A stretch of DNA of 62,896 bases, filler included, from Rhabdomonas costata (taxonomy: Eukaryota), in NCBI GenBank assembly GCA_019059605.1. It is 50 parts of 50 records of this genome, joined end to end, with 100 filler letters (N's around TTAATTAATTAA, not from the genome) between each part and the next. Parts side by side here need not be neighbours in the genome. Positions count along the whole stretch, not along the records: positions 35,286 to 36,445 come from JAHMHO010025717.1; positions 36,546 to 37,705 come from JAHMHO010025718.1; positions 37,806 to 38,965 come from JAHMHO010025719.1; positions 39,066 to 40,224 come from JAHMHO010025720.1; positions 40,325 to 41,483 come from JAHMHO010025721.1; positions 41,584 to 42,744 come from JAHMHO010025722.1; positions 42,845 to 44,003 come from JAHMHO010025723.1; positions 44,104 to 45,263 come from JAHMHO010025724.1; 42 more parts are not named here. The stretch is one strand, 5' to 3'. The notes beneath the pieces were generated by a model. That model did no database searches, was not told the DNA's origin, and saw only the letters and a list, made by a program, of their open reading frames with translations. Both the position numbers and the translations under genes were made by a program. Numbering within the stretch: position 1 is the first letter of the stretch; each line of letters starts with the position of its first letter. Shown one piece after another: positions 36,442-50,060 of this stretch.

Positions 36442-38866
36442 CCCCNNNNNNNNNNNNNNNNNNNNNNNNNNNNNNNNNNNNNNNNNNNNTTAATTAATTA
36501 ANNNNNNNNNNNNNNNNNNNNNNNNNNNNNNNNNNNNNNNNNNNNGGGTTTTGTGATGGGAAGGAAACGGACGTTTCCGGAGGAAATGCGCTTTTTTTTT
36601 TTGCGTGTTTTGCACACTTTTTTGGCCCCCCCCCCCTTTTTTTGCACTTTTTCGACCCTTTTTTTTTTACGCAAAATTATTCATGTCCTGGTTTTAGGGA
36701 CAGTTACATTTGTTTGTACAGAATCCAACAAACACAATCCCAAGACCAAGCTGCACATAAAACAACCGAAACAGAGTACAAACAGGTTAGGGCGCTGCCC
36801 GCCGGCGCCAAGTCGTAAGTTCGGATACCGCGCATTCGCGAAAGCGTTTGAAATCTGAAAGGGGACTGAGCAAAGGCTTGAAATAGGGGCACTTTCTCTT
36901 GTAATTTGGTTTTGTGACGAAGACAAAATAGACTTCGCTTTTGCAATTTTTTTGTTTTTGAACTTTTTGCTCCGCATTTTTGTTCTGGCCGCTTTGCATT
37001 TTTCCCAGCCCTCTAATTGCCAACCTGATCTATTTTCGTTGGGCAGCCTGTCTTGAACAGTTTTCCTGCCCCTGGACTTGTTTTTTTCGCGCTGTGGTGT
37101 GGGGTTGAGGTGCATCCCAACGCCAGGTGAAAAAGCTCGCGCGGACACGCTCCACACGGAAACAATAAATAAAGAGTGCAGAAACGTATGAGGAAACGTT
37201 TTGCCCCAGGCACGCTGTTCCACAGAAGAGCTATTGTGTTCCTCGGCATTGAGTTAAAAATACAGATCACAGAAGCGCAGCGCACGGACAAGAAAGCGAA
37301 GTGCTGAAAAAGTCCTTTCCCTTAATCCTCTATTTGGTCTAGTTGGACGCTTCACTTCAGGCTCAGCTTTATATCACCATCCAGTGTCTCAGTGTCTGAA
37401 GGCACCGTTATTTGGACCGTTTTCAACCTACTCCACACCCAGCCAACGTCTCTGATGTGGGGGCAGTTCCTGAGTGCCAACCCCCAAATTTCCTTCCCCA
37501 GTGGGCGTTTTGGAGCCCACTCTCCCGTCTTTTCATATTTTTAAGCGGGAAAATTGGAAGAAAAGTATGGGGCAGAGTAACATCTACCGGCAGGACATTC
37601 TTACGGGCCCTGTGGCCCCGCGCCGACCGAATAAACCTCATTGGGAGCCTGGCGCGTTCCCGCGCCGTCGGAGCTTGTTGAGGGCAGCCAAGGCGTCACC
37701 CCCCCNNNNNNNNNNNNNNNNNNNNNNNNNNNNNNNNNNNNNNNNNNNNTTAATTAATTAANNNNNNNNNNNNNNNNNNNNNNNNNNNNNNNNNNNNNNN
37801 NNNNNGGGTGGGGGGGGCGTCCCGGAACCGTACAGCCTGCTTTTCATCGTGCTCGACTCCATTTCGGACGTTTGCCGCACCTCCACCCCCTACTGCCTGG
37901 TTTTCCTGGCCTTCCATTTCATCGGATCTGATTATCGAGGTTGAGTAGGGAAATTTTTTATCTTTGCGAAAGGCGGGAACGCCAACACATTGTTTTTCTG
38001 GAAGCATCTGCATGTTTTGTTCATGAGGGAGTGACGTTTTAACAGGACAGATCCAGTGATGATAATATTGGAGGTATTGGTATACTTCTTGTGAGTTGTT
38101 TTTACCGCTTCTCGACCTCGGACGCGGAGAGAGGAAGCATCCAGGCCGATGTTTGGCCTTTTCTAAATAAATTCTTGACGAGTATCTGGGACCGTGCACG
38201 CTTGTTTGCAATGCCAACGTTTTCGGCCAGTTGTGCTGCTCACCATAACTGGGGGTAACTTAGGGGGTGTCGGAGTGGGCCGGAGAGCTTCTGTTTGTAG
38301 CTGCCCGGGAGGTCTTCTTCCATTCATTTGAAACCTTTTCGACCCCCTTTTTTTGGAAGAACCTTGGAAGAACCGTATCTTTAGCTTCGATGCGGTTTCC
38401 CACGCAGAACCACTTTTCTCGCAAGCTCCCCCTGTGTGCGAAGCTGCTTGACGAGCTTGCCGTGGATCACGCCGCGAATGGGGAACCCTCATCCGCCTCG
38501 TTTCGGACGTTGCGGTACCCCTTCCACTCCACCGTGGGGGACAACACAGCCCCGAATACCATCGCCATGCTTTCGGCATGTCCCCTTGCCGTGCGCGTCT
38601 TGCCAGGGGATGATTCTTGCCAGGAGAGACCATTCGCGCTGAAGTTTTCGCTTTGCCATTTGGAGGAATGTCCCTATCCCATCCCCGCAAATATTTCGAC
38701 TCCGTCCATTGAATCTCCTCCGATGGTAGATTGTGGAGATGATGGTGTCAACTGGATCCAGCAGGCACATGCCTGCAGTATAATGACGTTAATCTACCGT
38801 CCGACCTCGCCTTCTTTTTCTCGTTAGGAGTGCTCCTCCTTCCTGTCTGCACGTGTGTCTGCACTT

Positions 38867-38963
38867 TGTGTTAGGTTCTTCTTGAACTGAACTGAACTAG
38901 CATTTGCTTGCCCTTGTAAAAAGCAAATGCTAGTTCAGTTCAGTTCAAGAAGAACCTAACACA
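38867..38963. repeat. Terminal fold-back inverted repeat (43-bp arms, 11-nt loop)
   Basis: 38867-38909 is the perfect reverse complement of 38921-38963. Confidence 0.9.
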
Positions 38964-39155
38964 CANNNNNNNNNNNNNNNNNNNNNNNNNNNNNNNNNNN
39001 NNNNNNNNNTTAATTAATTAANNNNNNNNNNNNNNNNNNNNNNNNNNNNNNNNNNNNNNNNNNNNACAAAATTTCATACCAAGTCAGATTCCAAACAGAG
39101 GGGGACTCGGCTCTTATTTTTTCGAGCAGCGAGTGGCTGGAGGGTGACAACATAC

Positions 39156-39897
39156 CGACAATAACCTCGGGGGCGCGGTAGTGGCGGGTGGAGACGATGC
39201 TGGTGGAGCTGTGGTCCTCGTCCGTGGCCCCTCCGAAGTCAATGATCCGTACGTCGTAGCTCCGCGGCACCCTCCGCCGGCCCTCGTGGGTGTACCCCGA
39301 CTCTCGCAGCAGGATGTTCTCCGGCTTCAGGTCCGTGTGAATGAGGTGCAGGTCAGTGTGCAGGACTGTGATGCGCGGAAGGGGGAGTGGAGAGAGGTGG
39401 GGCGAATACCAGCTTTGGCTAATTTCACATACAAACGGCCAGTAAAATACATGACAGCACCTTCGAGATGGCTTCACTTTTTTGTAAGGGGGATTAGCTA
39501 GGCTGCTGAGGACTCGCAAATAGCTGGGACATGGCCAGACGAGTAGGATAGCAGTAGTTTAGGGGGGGCGGCTGTGTATGCGTGTGCGTGTGGGCATGTG
39601 ACCTGAGGGACCTTTAACGACTTCTTTAAAATATTCTCCCATAAAAAATATTGTTACCACTTGTAACGGTCACCAATGGTAACCGTTACGGCTGCCGGGC
39701 GTGCCAAGCGCGTAATACTGCACCACGGAAAGCACCCCGCAACTTTGCGCGCGGTTAAGGGCGTGCAGAAGTGGAGAAGAAGGGGTGGCTGTGTGGGGCA
39801 TACAGTCGAGGGCCTCGCAGATGTGCTTGGTCATCTCCGCAATCCCCCTCAGCGTGAAAGTCGCGCTCTTGTTTATGAAGTCCAGTAGGCTTGGGCC
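39156..39897 (-). CDS. CLK/LAMMER-family kinase, KKT10/KKT19-like (partial, 2 exons)
   Basis: Exons 39897-39804 and 39365-39156 give [51 protein letters not shown]...[41 protein letters not shown] and [10 protein letters not shown] are CLK signatures. Confidence 0.93.
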
Positions 39898-40744
39898 CTG
39901 CAGCACGTTTCGAAAAGAAAAACATGGAAAAAGCCACACCATAAGACAGACGCAAGACGAATGGACCAGGAATCTATGCAGGACTCACTCCTACAAATTC
40001 CTGCCCAAATACAGCAGACTGGATCGTGAACGGGAATGGAACAGGAGGGCCCAGTGGCTGAATACAGGCCTAAAAAGGCTTCTGTTCCAGTTCGGCAGAT
40101 TATTTGCAGTCACAGTCCTGAAACGTGAAGGATCCCACAGCTCCCCCGCCCGCGACGTGCATCCCGGCACGTTGCACTCTTCTTCGTGCGCTCCTCTACG
40201 AACCACATCCTTTCACCCACCTTCNNNNNNNNNNNNNNNNNNNNNNNNNNNNNNNNNNNNNNNNNNNNTTAATTAATTAANNNNNNNNNNNNNNNNNNNN
40301 NNNNNNNNNNNNNNNNNNNNNNNNGTGAAACACGCCGGCCGCCATCTTGGACAGTAGCAGGCGGTTGACGCTGCTGTCGTCTAGGTCACGAAGATCTCCA
40401 GCTCCGGTGGGGTGGACGACTAAAGTTCTTGGAAGCCGTTAATGCTGCCTTAGATGATGCGGGCTTATTTTATGCTCAGTTTCATACTTCCGGGTACTAC
40501 TCGGTTCTTACTGCCCTGGTCGCTGTTGTGGCCACTTTCTTTCACCGATCAGTGGTGCCCCTCCCCTCCCCAGGGTTTCCCTTTGCAAACACCTCATTAT
40601 TGCAGACAGTTTGATGCCATCCTGGAATCCAGGAAATGGGTATTTGGGAATGGGTACTTCTATATATCCAGATTCAATCGCGTTTCTTTTCTAGCGTGGG
40701 TTGGAGTCGAGGCAGGCTGGGGGGACGGCTTTTATTCTTCCCAG

Positions 40745-41173
40745 GAGAGCAGCCGAGAGGTTGTTGCGGGCAAGCTGCGGCAGGCCTACGCACTGACCCG
40801 GCACAGGCAGTTCCACCTGCAGGCCTTGCGGCTGATGGTCGCGTCGGACCGCATGGGCCCGTGGCTCGATGCCCTGCAGCACCATACCGACCCAACAGCG
40901 GAGTTCCCAATGCTCCGCAGGCTCGCTTTAGAGTGCAGGTCGGAGGAGTATCATTGCGTTGTGAAGGCCCACCCTTCTGCACGCCACTGCATGCAAGCAC
41001 ACATTTCTTTGAATTGTGCTAACGCCTCGTGTCAATGGCGTGCCTGTCCCCTCCGCAGGCAGCTCCAGAGTGACGAGGCGCAGTGCATCGCGGTCACCTC
41101 AGAGCAGCAAGAAGAGCGCACAGCGCTGGTAGCCACCACGACGGCCCTGAGAACCCGCTTTCTGGGGCTATTG
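40745..41173 (+). CDS. Two exons of an unidentified helical protein
   Basis: 40745-40938 and 41059-41173 are separated by an in-frame 120-nt GT-AG intron, which contributes to the long 266-aa ORF-track call. Confidence 0.6.
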
Positions 41174-41760
41174 GTACAATCCATTTTCCCACATCCACAT
41201 GCCTTTTTCCTTTGTATAACTTTCACCCTTCTTTGCCAAGCGATCTGGGAATAAGAGTCCGTCAGTCAACCATATGTCCTTAATTCGTCCTTGCCCCACC
41301 GTTTTTTTCAGCGTTGGTTTCTATCCCTGTCCCCTCCCATTTCACCCGAGCGCTCTCTCTCTATTCGCGCTTCAACGGAAAAGAAGCTATTTTTGCGAAT
41401 GTCTTTAGTTCGCCTCTCGCCTCCTGTGTAATTGAGGCAGTCAATTATACAGCGGGCAAGGTTTCAGTTATCCTTGCCCAACANNNNNNNNNNNNNNNNN
41501 NNNNNNNNNNNNNNNNNNNNNNNNNNNTTAATTAATTAANNNNNNNNNNNNNNNNNNNNNNNNNNNNNNNNNNNNNNNNNNNNTGTGGTGGACTGACTGG
41601 CGCACACGCTGTTGGCCACGGGTGCTCGCGAGAGGTGCCGTTGGAGCGAACGGTGCCGTGGGGAACCGAAACCGGCTCACCGCCGAACGTTCAACACCTG
41701 GCAACCTCCCTTCTGCCCCACAGGTCCAGGGCCTTTGTCAGCCGCTCTTTTCCAGCGGTC

Positions 41761-41803
<43 letters not shown>

Positions 41804-41805
41804 AC

Positions 41806-42232
41806 CAGTGCTAATCAAACACGTTGAGAAGTTAAGGGGTCCCATCACATCCAACAGCCTTGATACTATGTATAACATCCCATCTCGTCGCATCATGCCT
41901 GGGCTCTCAGCTGCCTCCGTGATGTATTCCCCCAGCATCGTGGCCACCCCGGTCATAATGTCCACCAAGGTCACCACCTCATTCTCCACCACTGTGCAGG
42001 CCAAGCTGCGGTAGCTCTGGCTGACCCGAACCAGCGCCGCCTCCGCGTTGGCCCGAGTCAAAACGAACGACACCACTCCCACCGTCACCAACGACACCAC
42101 GGAAAGCAGCACCGGAAGAACTCGAATCGGGACCCGCGGACAGCGCCGCGAGGGTGGCTCCTCGGAGAACGACCAGTGGTGTGTGGGGTGCGCAGAGGAC
42201 CGCGCGCCCAGTGCTGATGGCCCATGCTCCAT
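41806..42232 (-). CDS. First exon of a membrane receptor-like protein (N-terminal TM + extracellular helical region)
   Basis: ATG 42232; TM segment VLPVLLSVVSLVTVGVVSFVLT followed by an amphipathic region; donor GTGCAC. The architecture resembles N-termini of receptor cyclases or sensor kinases (inference). Confidence 0.6.
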
Positions 42233-44443
42233 GGCCCCCAAAATCCGAAAAAAAAAATCCAAAAATCGAGAGGAGTGCAGACGAGGAAGAGAGGGTGAGA
42301 GACACAGAGAGAGAGAGAGAATCGTGGGTGGGGCGAAGAAAAAAAGCAGAAAGGAGGAGCAAGAAGGAGCCAATGAGACGGACTAAGAAAACAATGGAGG
42401 GAAGGAGGAAGACCTTGAAAGTTCATTTCTTTTTCAGTTTTTTCGAATGTTGAGTTTGGTCAGCCTTCGTTCTTTTTTATGATGCTGGTAGGCACACTCT
42501 GTTTCTTTCGCATTGTTTCACACCTGCCAGGAAGACGGCGCCCTCAAGGTGAGGTTCACATGAACGCGGGGAGGTACTTAGGGCATGTAAGATGCTGAAC
42601 CGAACCGGGAGTAGACAAGTTCCAACAAGGGTATTCGCATCACTTCGCTGCTACCTTTGCTCTCGCACGGTTCAGTTCACTCTCTGCTGTGTATGTTGCA
42701 AACGCTTGTGAATGGGAATCGATCGGGCTATGGAACACAAACACNNNNNNNNNNNNNNNNNNNNNNNNNNNNNNNNNNNNNNNNNNNNTTAATTAATTAA
42801 NNNNNNNNNNNNNNNNNNNNNNNNNNNNNNNNNNNNNNNNNNNNGGGGCAAAGGAAACCATAGCGGTGGAAACGCTTCCACTGGCAAGCGTTTAACCCTA
42901 AGAAAATAACATCGCCTAGTGGGCACAGACAAACTTTACTTAGCCCCCCTGCTGGGAAAATAACAAAAAAAAACCATTTCGTGGATACCGGTGGTGAACG
43001 TTGGACACACTAAAGCTGTCTTGCAAAAAATCGCCCGAAAAAGGCCTCTGGGACAGCCACTGCGGAGCCGACGATCTCTAATCGCTGCACCGGCTCCCCA
43101 ATTAAAAGGTTCCCCCACAATTGAAACCGTCCCAAGGAAACGTCCTGCCTCACGGGACACTTGTACTTTTCAAGGTGACCATGCACCACCACGCCTCCGA
43201 ACAGTACTATAAGGCTCATCATCTGTGCACCCACGCAGTGTTTGCGAGTGGCTTAATCTCTTATCCTATCGTATCATTTCAATCATGCCTCCACCCAACA
43301 ATCTTCTTTTTTCTCTGTCCCAAAGTCAACGGTCCCCGCCTTTTTACGGGGCCCAAACTTCCCTCTTGCCCGCAGAACAAGAAAATGCGGCGAAAATGCC
43401 GCAAATCCCGGTGTCCTGATTCACGTAGTCGATCTCAAAAAACCAAGACAAAAATTCTCCCCACACCACAACCCACCCGTATAAGAATAGCTACACCCGG
43501 AAACTATGAGATTAGTCTGTCAGATTCCGATCTGAAGTCTTTTTGCACTATATTCCTGCCCTGGTCTCAGATGGGTCTCTCTGACTAGAGATGTGTAAAA
43601 CCCAGTTGCCGGTGTCGCTTGGCACACAAAGGTTTGTCGCAAAAAGAAGCGAATTCTTTTGGGGGCAGAAGAGGTCTCTGCCCCAATCCAGCACCCAAAT
43701 AGGAACGCCGTACAGACACAAATGTTAAGACCGAGAATCTGAGTTCTGTCCAGGTGACCAAAAATCTCAGTATACGGTGAAGCCGACGATGTAACGTGGG
43801 AAAGTATCAAAGCAGGACACACACACAACATATAGAGATTTGTGCGAATGGATTGCCATCCTTTGCATGCACACACAAACACACACACCGCAAACATGGA
43901 GGCAACGTTCGGTACCACCGCCGCCACCTCCGTCCCGGCGTGAATCAGGCAGAACGGCGAGAACACCATCATCAGTCCAAACCCCCACGGAAATCCCCAC
44001 AAANNNNNNNNNNNNNNNNNNNNNNNNNNNNNNNNNNNNNNNNNNNNTTAATTAATTAANNNNNNNNNNNNNNNNNNNNNNNNNNNNNNNNNNNNNNNNN
44101 NNNGAGTTTTTGCATTTGAGGGAGGAGAGGTCCGAAATTTTCCGTTTTTTTCTTCTACCATGCATTCTTTGTGCCATTACAAAAAGGATGACCCGGTATG
44201 CTGAGTATGGTGTTTCAACGTTCTTGCCTTGTCGCGGCTAGGTTTCCTCGTACCATCTTCCCATCTCCTGAGGTGCAGGAGTGGAAGACTTGCAGCTGAA
44301 TTCCCCAGGTTACTCCAAAGTTCCTTCCCACTTACCACCGTTTCTCTAAAGAAGTAGGGTTGATGAGTGTCTCTGAGCGGCTCAGCAGTGCTTGCCGTTC
44401 CTCACTCACATCCAGATTCGAGAGGGGGTGGGGGGACGCGCAC

Positions 44444-44885
44444 CTGAAGGGTCTCGACGTCGACCTCCACCTGGTGCTGGGTCCCCATGTGCACCCCAAT
44501 CCGCACCCTAAGCCCACACCACAGAAGGGGGCCGCGCCCATCCGCGGACCCCTCCGCCCTGTCGTCGTCGTATTCCACCAGGCAATCTGGAAAGCTCAGC
44601 AGAGAGTTGGGCCACGGCACCTGCGCGCAAGGGGCACGCCCTCGCTTCCTCTTGCAAAAAAAAAAGCCACCCTCCTCCCCGAACACACGGGTCTGAGACC
44701 AACTCCGTGTTTGCCCCAGTTTCGTTTGTTGATTGCCAACCCAACTGCTTCGTCCCAACCCCATCGCCATTTTTTCGTCGGCGGTTGCTATGTTGTCTTG
44801 CTGCATTCAGCATGACTGGGGTCGTCGCCTGCCCCAAGACTTTAGGCTTTCAATTAACATTAGCTGCTTTCACGCCACGTCTACC

Positions 44886-44926
<41 letters not shown>

Positions 44927-45250
44927 CTGGGTCCGTGCCTGTTGAACCGTTGACACCCCCGCTAGTGCGGACATGCCCATTGCTCTGTTGTCTCATGCCA
45001 CGACTCCTGTTGACCACCGAGTAGGCTCCTCTTCACCACTGTAGACACCTCTTAACTCAGCTCGCTTAATACAATCGACTTCTGAAAAACACAGATGAGT
45101 TCTCGTGGAATTCTCGCTTAATAGCATTGCACTCGCGCACCTTGAGCATCGCCAACTGCACCTCCACAGCGAACCGGACCGCGTTATTCGGATCAGAGAA
45201 TGCAACGAAGAAGCTGTCCCCGATGGTCTTCACTTCATAGCCCTCTGCAC
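44444..45250 (-). CDS. Class III adenylate/guanylate cyclase catalytic domain, kinetoplastid/euglenid receptor-cyclase type (partial, 2 exons)
   Basis: Exons ~45250-45141 (GYEVKTIGDSFFVAFSDPNNAVRFAVEVQLAMLK) and 44620-44444 (VPWPNSLL...PLLWCGLRVRIGVHMG...ETLQ); phase-0 GT-AG intron of 520 nt. Confidence 0.92.
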
Positions 45251-46628
45251 CCCCACCAACACANNNNNNNNNNNNNNNNNNNNNNNNNNNNNNNNNNNNN
45301 NNNNNNNTTAATTAATTAANNNNNNNNNNNNNNNNNNNNNNNNNNNNNNNNNNNNNNNNNNNNATGTGCATGCCGTGTCTTCCACCAGGCTCTGTGTACT
45401 CCCGCAGTGCAGTGGCGGAAGGCTGCCCACATCATCTGCCACCACACCATGCACTGCACAACCTACCGTGTACTGCAGTGCACCTTTTGGGGCGCTCTAT
45501 GAAACTCTTGGCTCAGGCGATGGAACGATGGGGAGAGAAATGGAATTGCTGCATTGAATGGCCCGTTTTCGTTGAGTCGCCATTTTAACGAGGGCGGGAC
45601 TATCGTCAAGAAAAATGTGTTAACATCGTTGTGCCCTCGATAGAAATAAAGAGATAGATCAACAATTGAAATCCGAAAAATAATGTAATGACAGGCTCCT
45701 TCGGGGATCGCGGAATTTTATGGAGAGTTTTTCGATCAGGTACAAGGCCGCTGGAGGTTCGAAGAACTCAGCTTTTCTTTGTGTGCGACGAGGTCATTTC
45801 GCAGCGAAGGCCATTGCTGTGCTTCGATACCGTGGTGGGTGTCCAGTGTAATATTTGGGGGGTTAATATGTAATGAGTTTTGCGGGAGAACAACGTTATA
45901 CCGTTATACTATGTCCTACGGCAAAAGTGAAACCAATCTTGAGGGCATTGTCACCCTGGATCGTCAGAAGCGTGTTTGTCGTGTACCCTGCATCACTTAA
46001 GACCCAAATCCACGCCCGATGCTACGTCCCCGCCTCAACCTCCCACTCCGGCGGCGCAGCCCGCACAACACAAATAGTTTGGCATATCCCCCACATCACA
46101 AAGAAAGGCACCAGACCGCTGGGGTATAGTATGTGCCACTGCCGCACTCAATTTTTCCTTTTCTTATTTTCCCTTTCTCGGTTAGGCTGAAGTGCATAGT
46201 GAAGATGCAGGCCGCTCCCGCACCGCAACGCCGTCCGCAACTCCTCCTGTCTCGGTAGGCAAGGCAGCATCTTCAACTTGAATTGCATTTCTTCCTTTCT
46301 ACGTGATTACTTCGCCCGGCCACCTCACCGCTCTCTCATTTCTGCCTGGTTGCCTGGTGGATGATAATTATTCCTAGACACCTTCGCTGTATACAGCCCA
46401 ATTACTGAATGCGACTCCTAAAAACTGTCAGCTCTGCATGTGACTCTCTGTTTGAAAAATCAGTACGTTGTGCCGCCCTCACTTGAAATTACATGGGGGC
46501 ATGTGCATTGCCACCAAAACCCNNNNNNNNNNNNNNNNNNNNNNNNNNNNNNNNNNNNNNNNNNNNTTAATTAATTAANNNNNNNNNNNNNNNNNNNNNN
46601 NNNNNNNNNNNNNNNNNNNNNNGTGTGG

Positions 46629-46937
46629 TTTTTTATTTACTTTGTCCCACTCCACTTGAGGGCAGAGGAACCCTACTGCTTCCTCAACCTATGCCACGAG
46701 CACGTGGACTTCACCGTGCCAAAAACCGGCTTGCGATAGCGCGAAAGGCAGCAACGCACTCTGCCTGCCTAATTACAAAAGGAGAGCTCAAACACCCGGC
46801 CGAACCTCCAAAGTGGTCAAGAGGGAAGCTGCCCCACTCCGGAGGAACGGTGGGTAGTCCACGTGCTCGTGGCATAGGTTGAGGAAGCAGTAGGGTTCCT
46901 CTGCCCTCAAGTGGAGTGGGACAAAGTAAATAAAAAA
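46629..46937. repeat. Terminal fold-back inverted repeat (82-bp arms, 145-nt spacer)
   Basis: 46629-46710 is the perfect reverse complement of 46856-46937, at the contig start. Confidence 0.9.
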
Positions 46938-48041
46938 GCACTGGCGAAGCGCACGCAGAATCGGTCAAATTGTCATTTTTCCAGACGTCGGAGGAGTCTT
47001 CAGTGGAAAACCAGCACATAACATCAAGAAAACCACCTCCCTCTGCCGAAACCTTGCAACTTCAGAGGCTTTCTGGGGCAAATATGACAGTTCCATGGTG
47101 AGACCGGGATGGTGGCCATAATACCTATTATTCACTTGTTTGTACGACGCTGGGGGTTTCTAATTTGATTTCTTGCTTATTTCTTTGATTTCTTTTTTTG
47201 GCGCAGTGTGCAGTATGCCAAAATACAATCAAGCCGTCGCAGGGAAGAAAAAAGCCACCAACAAACCAAACGAAAAAATGATTACACTCAGTTGAATCAC
47301 CTGGAATCTTATCCGGGACTTCTTCCGGGATCCTTGACTTGACTTTTTGAATTTTGCATTCTGGTCTTTGATGGACGAGGGACAGGAGGACAGCGCACGG
47401 TGTTGTTGAAGCTAGTTGCTGAGGTAAAAGCAACGGTGATTGCAGTTTCGTTCACGGCCACTGTGGCTGAGGTTGGAACGCAGAGTTTCGGCGAAGGCGT
47501 GCTAAAGGTATAAAAACAGCCACGTCACCACAAGGACAGTTGCCTCATAAAGAGGCTTCCTACTTTACCCCCCCCCCCCTGCAAGTTCCCGAGTATCTGC
47601 CTTTCGAAAACCGGGACAATTCAACTGCATATTAAGAAACAAGAAACGAAAGAGGTTATTCTCCTCACCGCACAGTAATGCCGCACGACCCCTATCAAAC
47701 AATACAGCTTCACCAGCCTATTTACTAGGCATTAATGTCACCATGCGAAGCGGCTTGAGTTGGAACAAAGTTAGGCCACAANNNNNNNNNNNNNNNNNNN
47801 NNNNNNNNNNNNNNNNNNNNNNNNNTTAATTAATTAANNNNNNNNNNNNNNNNNNNNNNNNNNNNNNNNNNNNNNNNNNNNACAATTACTTTTCGTTTTT
47901 TTAGGGGGGGGCTCAACTTGACCGGCATTCCCCCGGATGCAGTGCGGTGCAGTCTGGTGCGGTTGGATTCAACTTCGTGTCATAGCAATGTCCACGTTGG
48001 GCTTCCGACATCACATCCCGCGTGTCTGCCCGCGCATTCAG

Positions 48042-48825
48042 GATGTATGTGAGCGGCTGGGCCAAGACGAGGTGGAGTACCTAATTTTCCGGCAGCTACT
48101 CGCGGGAACTCTCTCCGAAGCGTTCTACACGGAAATGGTCTGCCGCACTTTCGGATTTTTTTCTGCTCAATCACTCAATCAATGGCTTTCGCCATTTATC
48201 CATGATATAACGAGTCACGGCTAAAGCGCACGCAGTGCTCAGGATCCAGGCACAAGGCAAGGCAATAATTCGCTATTTTTCCGGCTTGACGTGACGGGCC
48301 TTTTCCTTTTTGGTCCTGCCGTGTTGGCAAGCGTTGGCAGCAGTCGGTGATGAATCTGGATGGGCACTCACTCACCGAAGGAGCCACCGATTTTTTGTGT
48401 TGGTGTGGGTATTGTGTTATGTGTTTCTCAGCGCGGATCGTTGGGTACCCATTAAGACATCTCTAGACACACACACAGTCCGTTCCCAAGGCCCCGCGTA
48501 CACTGTGGATCGGGGATTACATGGGGTAAGCCAACCTACGTGACAAGAGAGGGGCCACACCATGAACCGACAAAGATTTGAAGCCCGATGGGCCCATGCC
48601 CCATAACAATTCGGAGCCAAGGGGGGAAAGTCCTTCCGGGGAAAATTCACGCTTGCCAAGTGCACAATGTGTGTGGGTGTTTCCACTAAGACGGCTACTG
48701 TGGAGCAGTTCGGGAAGCAGCTGAAGGAGCTCGCCGTCGGTGCGGTCTCCTCGGGGGACTCCGTGCGGGGGAGGATCAAGCCTGGGAAGCACGTGCCCCT
48801 GCGGGCCGTTCTTCGGCTGATGGAG
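48042..48825 (+). CDS. Two exons, possibly TSNAXIP1-like flagellar protein
   Basis: 48042-48137 (DVCERLGQDEVEYLIFRQLLAGTLSEAFYTEM) and 48691-48825, both phase 0. Weak resemblance to the 'D.E..LF..IL.G.LSE..Y' motif. Confidence 0.4.
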
Positions 48826-50060
48826 GTGCTTTCTCTCTCTCGTTCTCCCAGGCGACCAGGAAGCGGGAAGGGATCCTGTCATCATCCCTTCCCTTTCTTA
48901 TATCTCTATTTTATTACTCTCCTCATTGTCGTGGCTCTTGATTTGTCAGGACACGTTCTCGTGGCTATCGCGGCGAAGCATTCGGTGCCTGCAGTTTTCC
49001 GTGGTGATGACCTTCCAGGAAGGCGACGACCCCCCCACANNNNNNNNNNNNNNNNNNNNNNNNNNNNNNNNNNNNNNNNNNNNTTAATTAATTAANNNNN
49101 NNNNNNNNNNNNNNNNNNNNNNNNNNNNNNNNNNNNNNNGTGGGTTCATGTTCTACTGTCTACTGTGTATGTGTCTTGGTGTGTTCTTCTTCTTGTTGGT
49201 GGTGGTGCCATTGGTATTGGAGTGGCAGTAAGAGTAGGAGTCTGTGTCTGTAGTGGAGTCGGAGTTGTTGGTGCGTAGGGTATGCTGTTGGTGTTGGCTG
49301 TAGGGGTAGGTGTTGCTGTCTGTGTCTGTGTCTGCGGTGCTAGGGTTGGTGCTGATGCTGCAGGTGCGTTGGGTTCATGCGTTGGGTGGTTGGCTGATGT
49401 AGGCGTCCCTGTTGGTGTTGCTTCCTCTGTGCCTACTTCTCCTGTTGTTGTGGCTCCGATGGTGTTCGCGTCTCCTGTTGTGTTGTTGCCTCATGGTGTC
49501 ACGTCTCATGCTGTGTGTTCCTGTTCCTTGTCTCCAGTTGCTGTGGGCCTCCAATGGTTGATGTGTGGTGCTCTTGACTCTGACTCTGTGTGTGTTGATG
49601 TTGCCTCTGTGTCTACGATTCTGTGTCCCTTCTGTCTCACGTGGTGTCTCTGTCGCAGGATTCTGCTTCTGTGTCCGTTTCTGTGTCGGGTGTCAGTGCT
49701 GGTTCTGTGTCTCAGGGTGTGTTCGCGTCTCCATCAACCATGCCGCTTCTGTCAACCATGCCGTTTGTGTCTCCGTCTCAGGTTCTGTCTCCGTCTCATG
49801 TGGTGGTTTCTGCGCTTCCGTTACCCACGCTGATGTTGATGTGAGAGTGAGAAGGGTGCATTTCTACCGCAGGTGCCAATGCTGCTCCTACTCCTACTGC
49901 GTGATGTCCTGCTGCGCATGACCTCACTCCGTACCCTAACATGAAGAAGATGGCTAACGCTAATCCTAATGCATGGTAGGTAAGGAATGTAGAGTAAGCA
50001 TGGAGTAAAAGGTTTTGGTGGTCGCATGCTCCTGCGTCGGGTGCTGCCTAAATGTGAAGG

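Noticed and set aside
38267-38827. 186-aa ORF
   Set aside because: No recognisable motif and no clear exon boundaries; it may be coding but is unsupported.
49140-49850. Long Thr/Pro-rich minus-strand frame interrupted only by TGA (possible TGA=Trp) and 183-aa Val/Cys-rich plus-strand ORF
   Set aside because: Extreme strand skew makes stops rare in all frames. There is no recognisable protein motif, so there is no evidence for coding or recoding.
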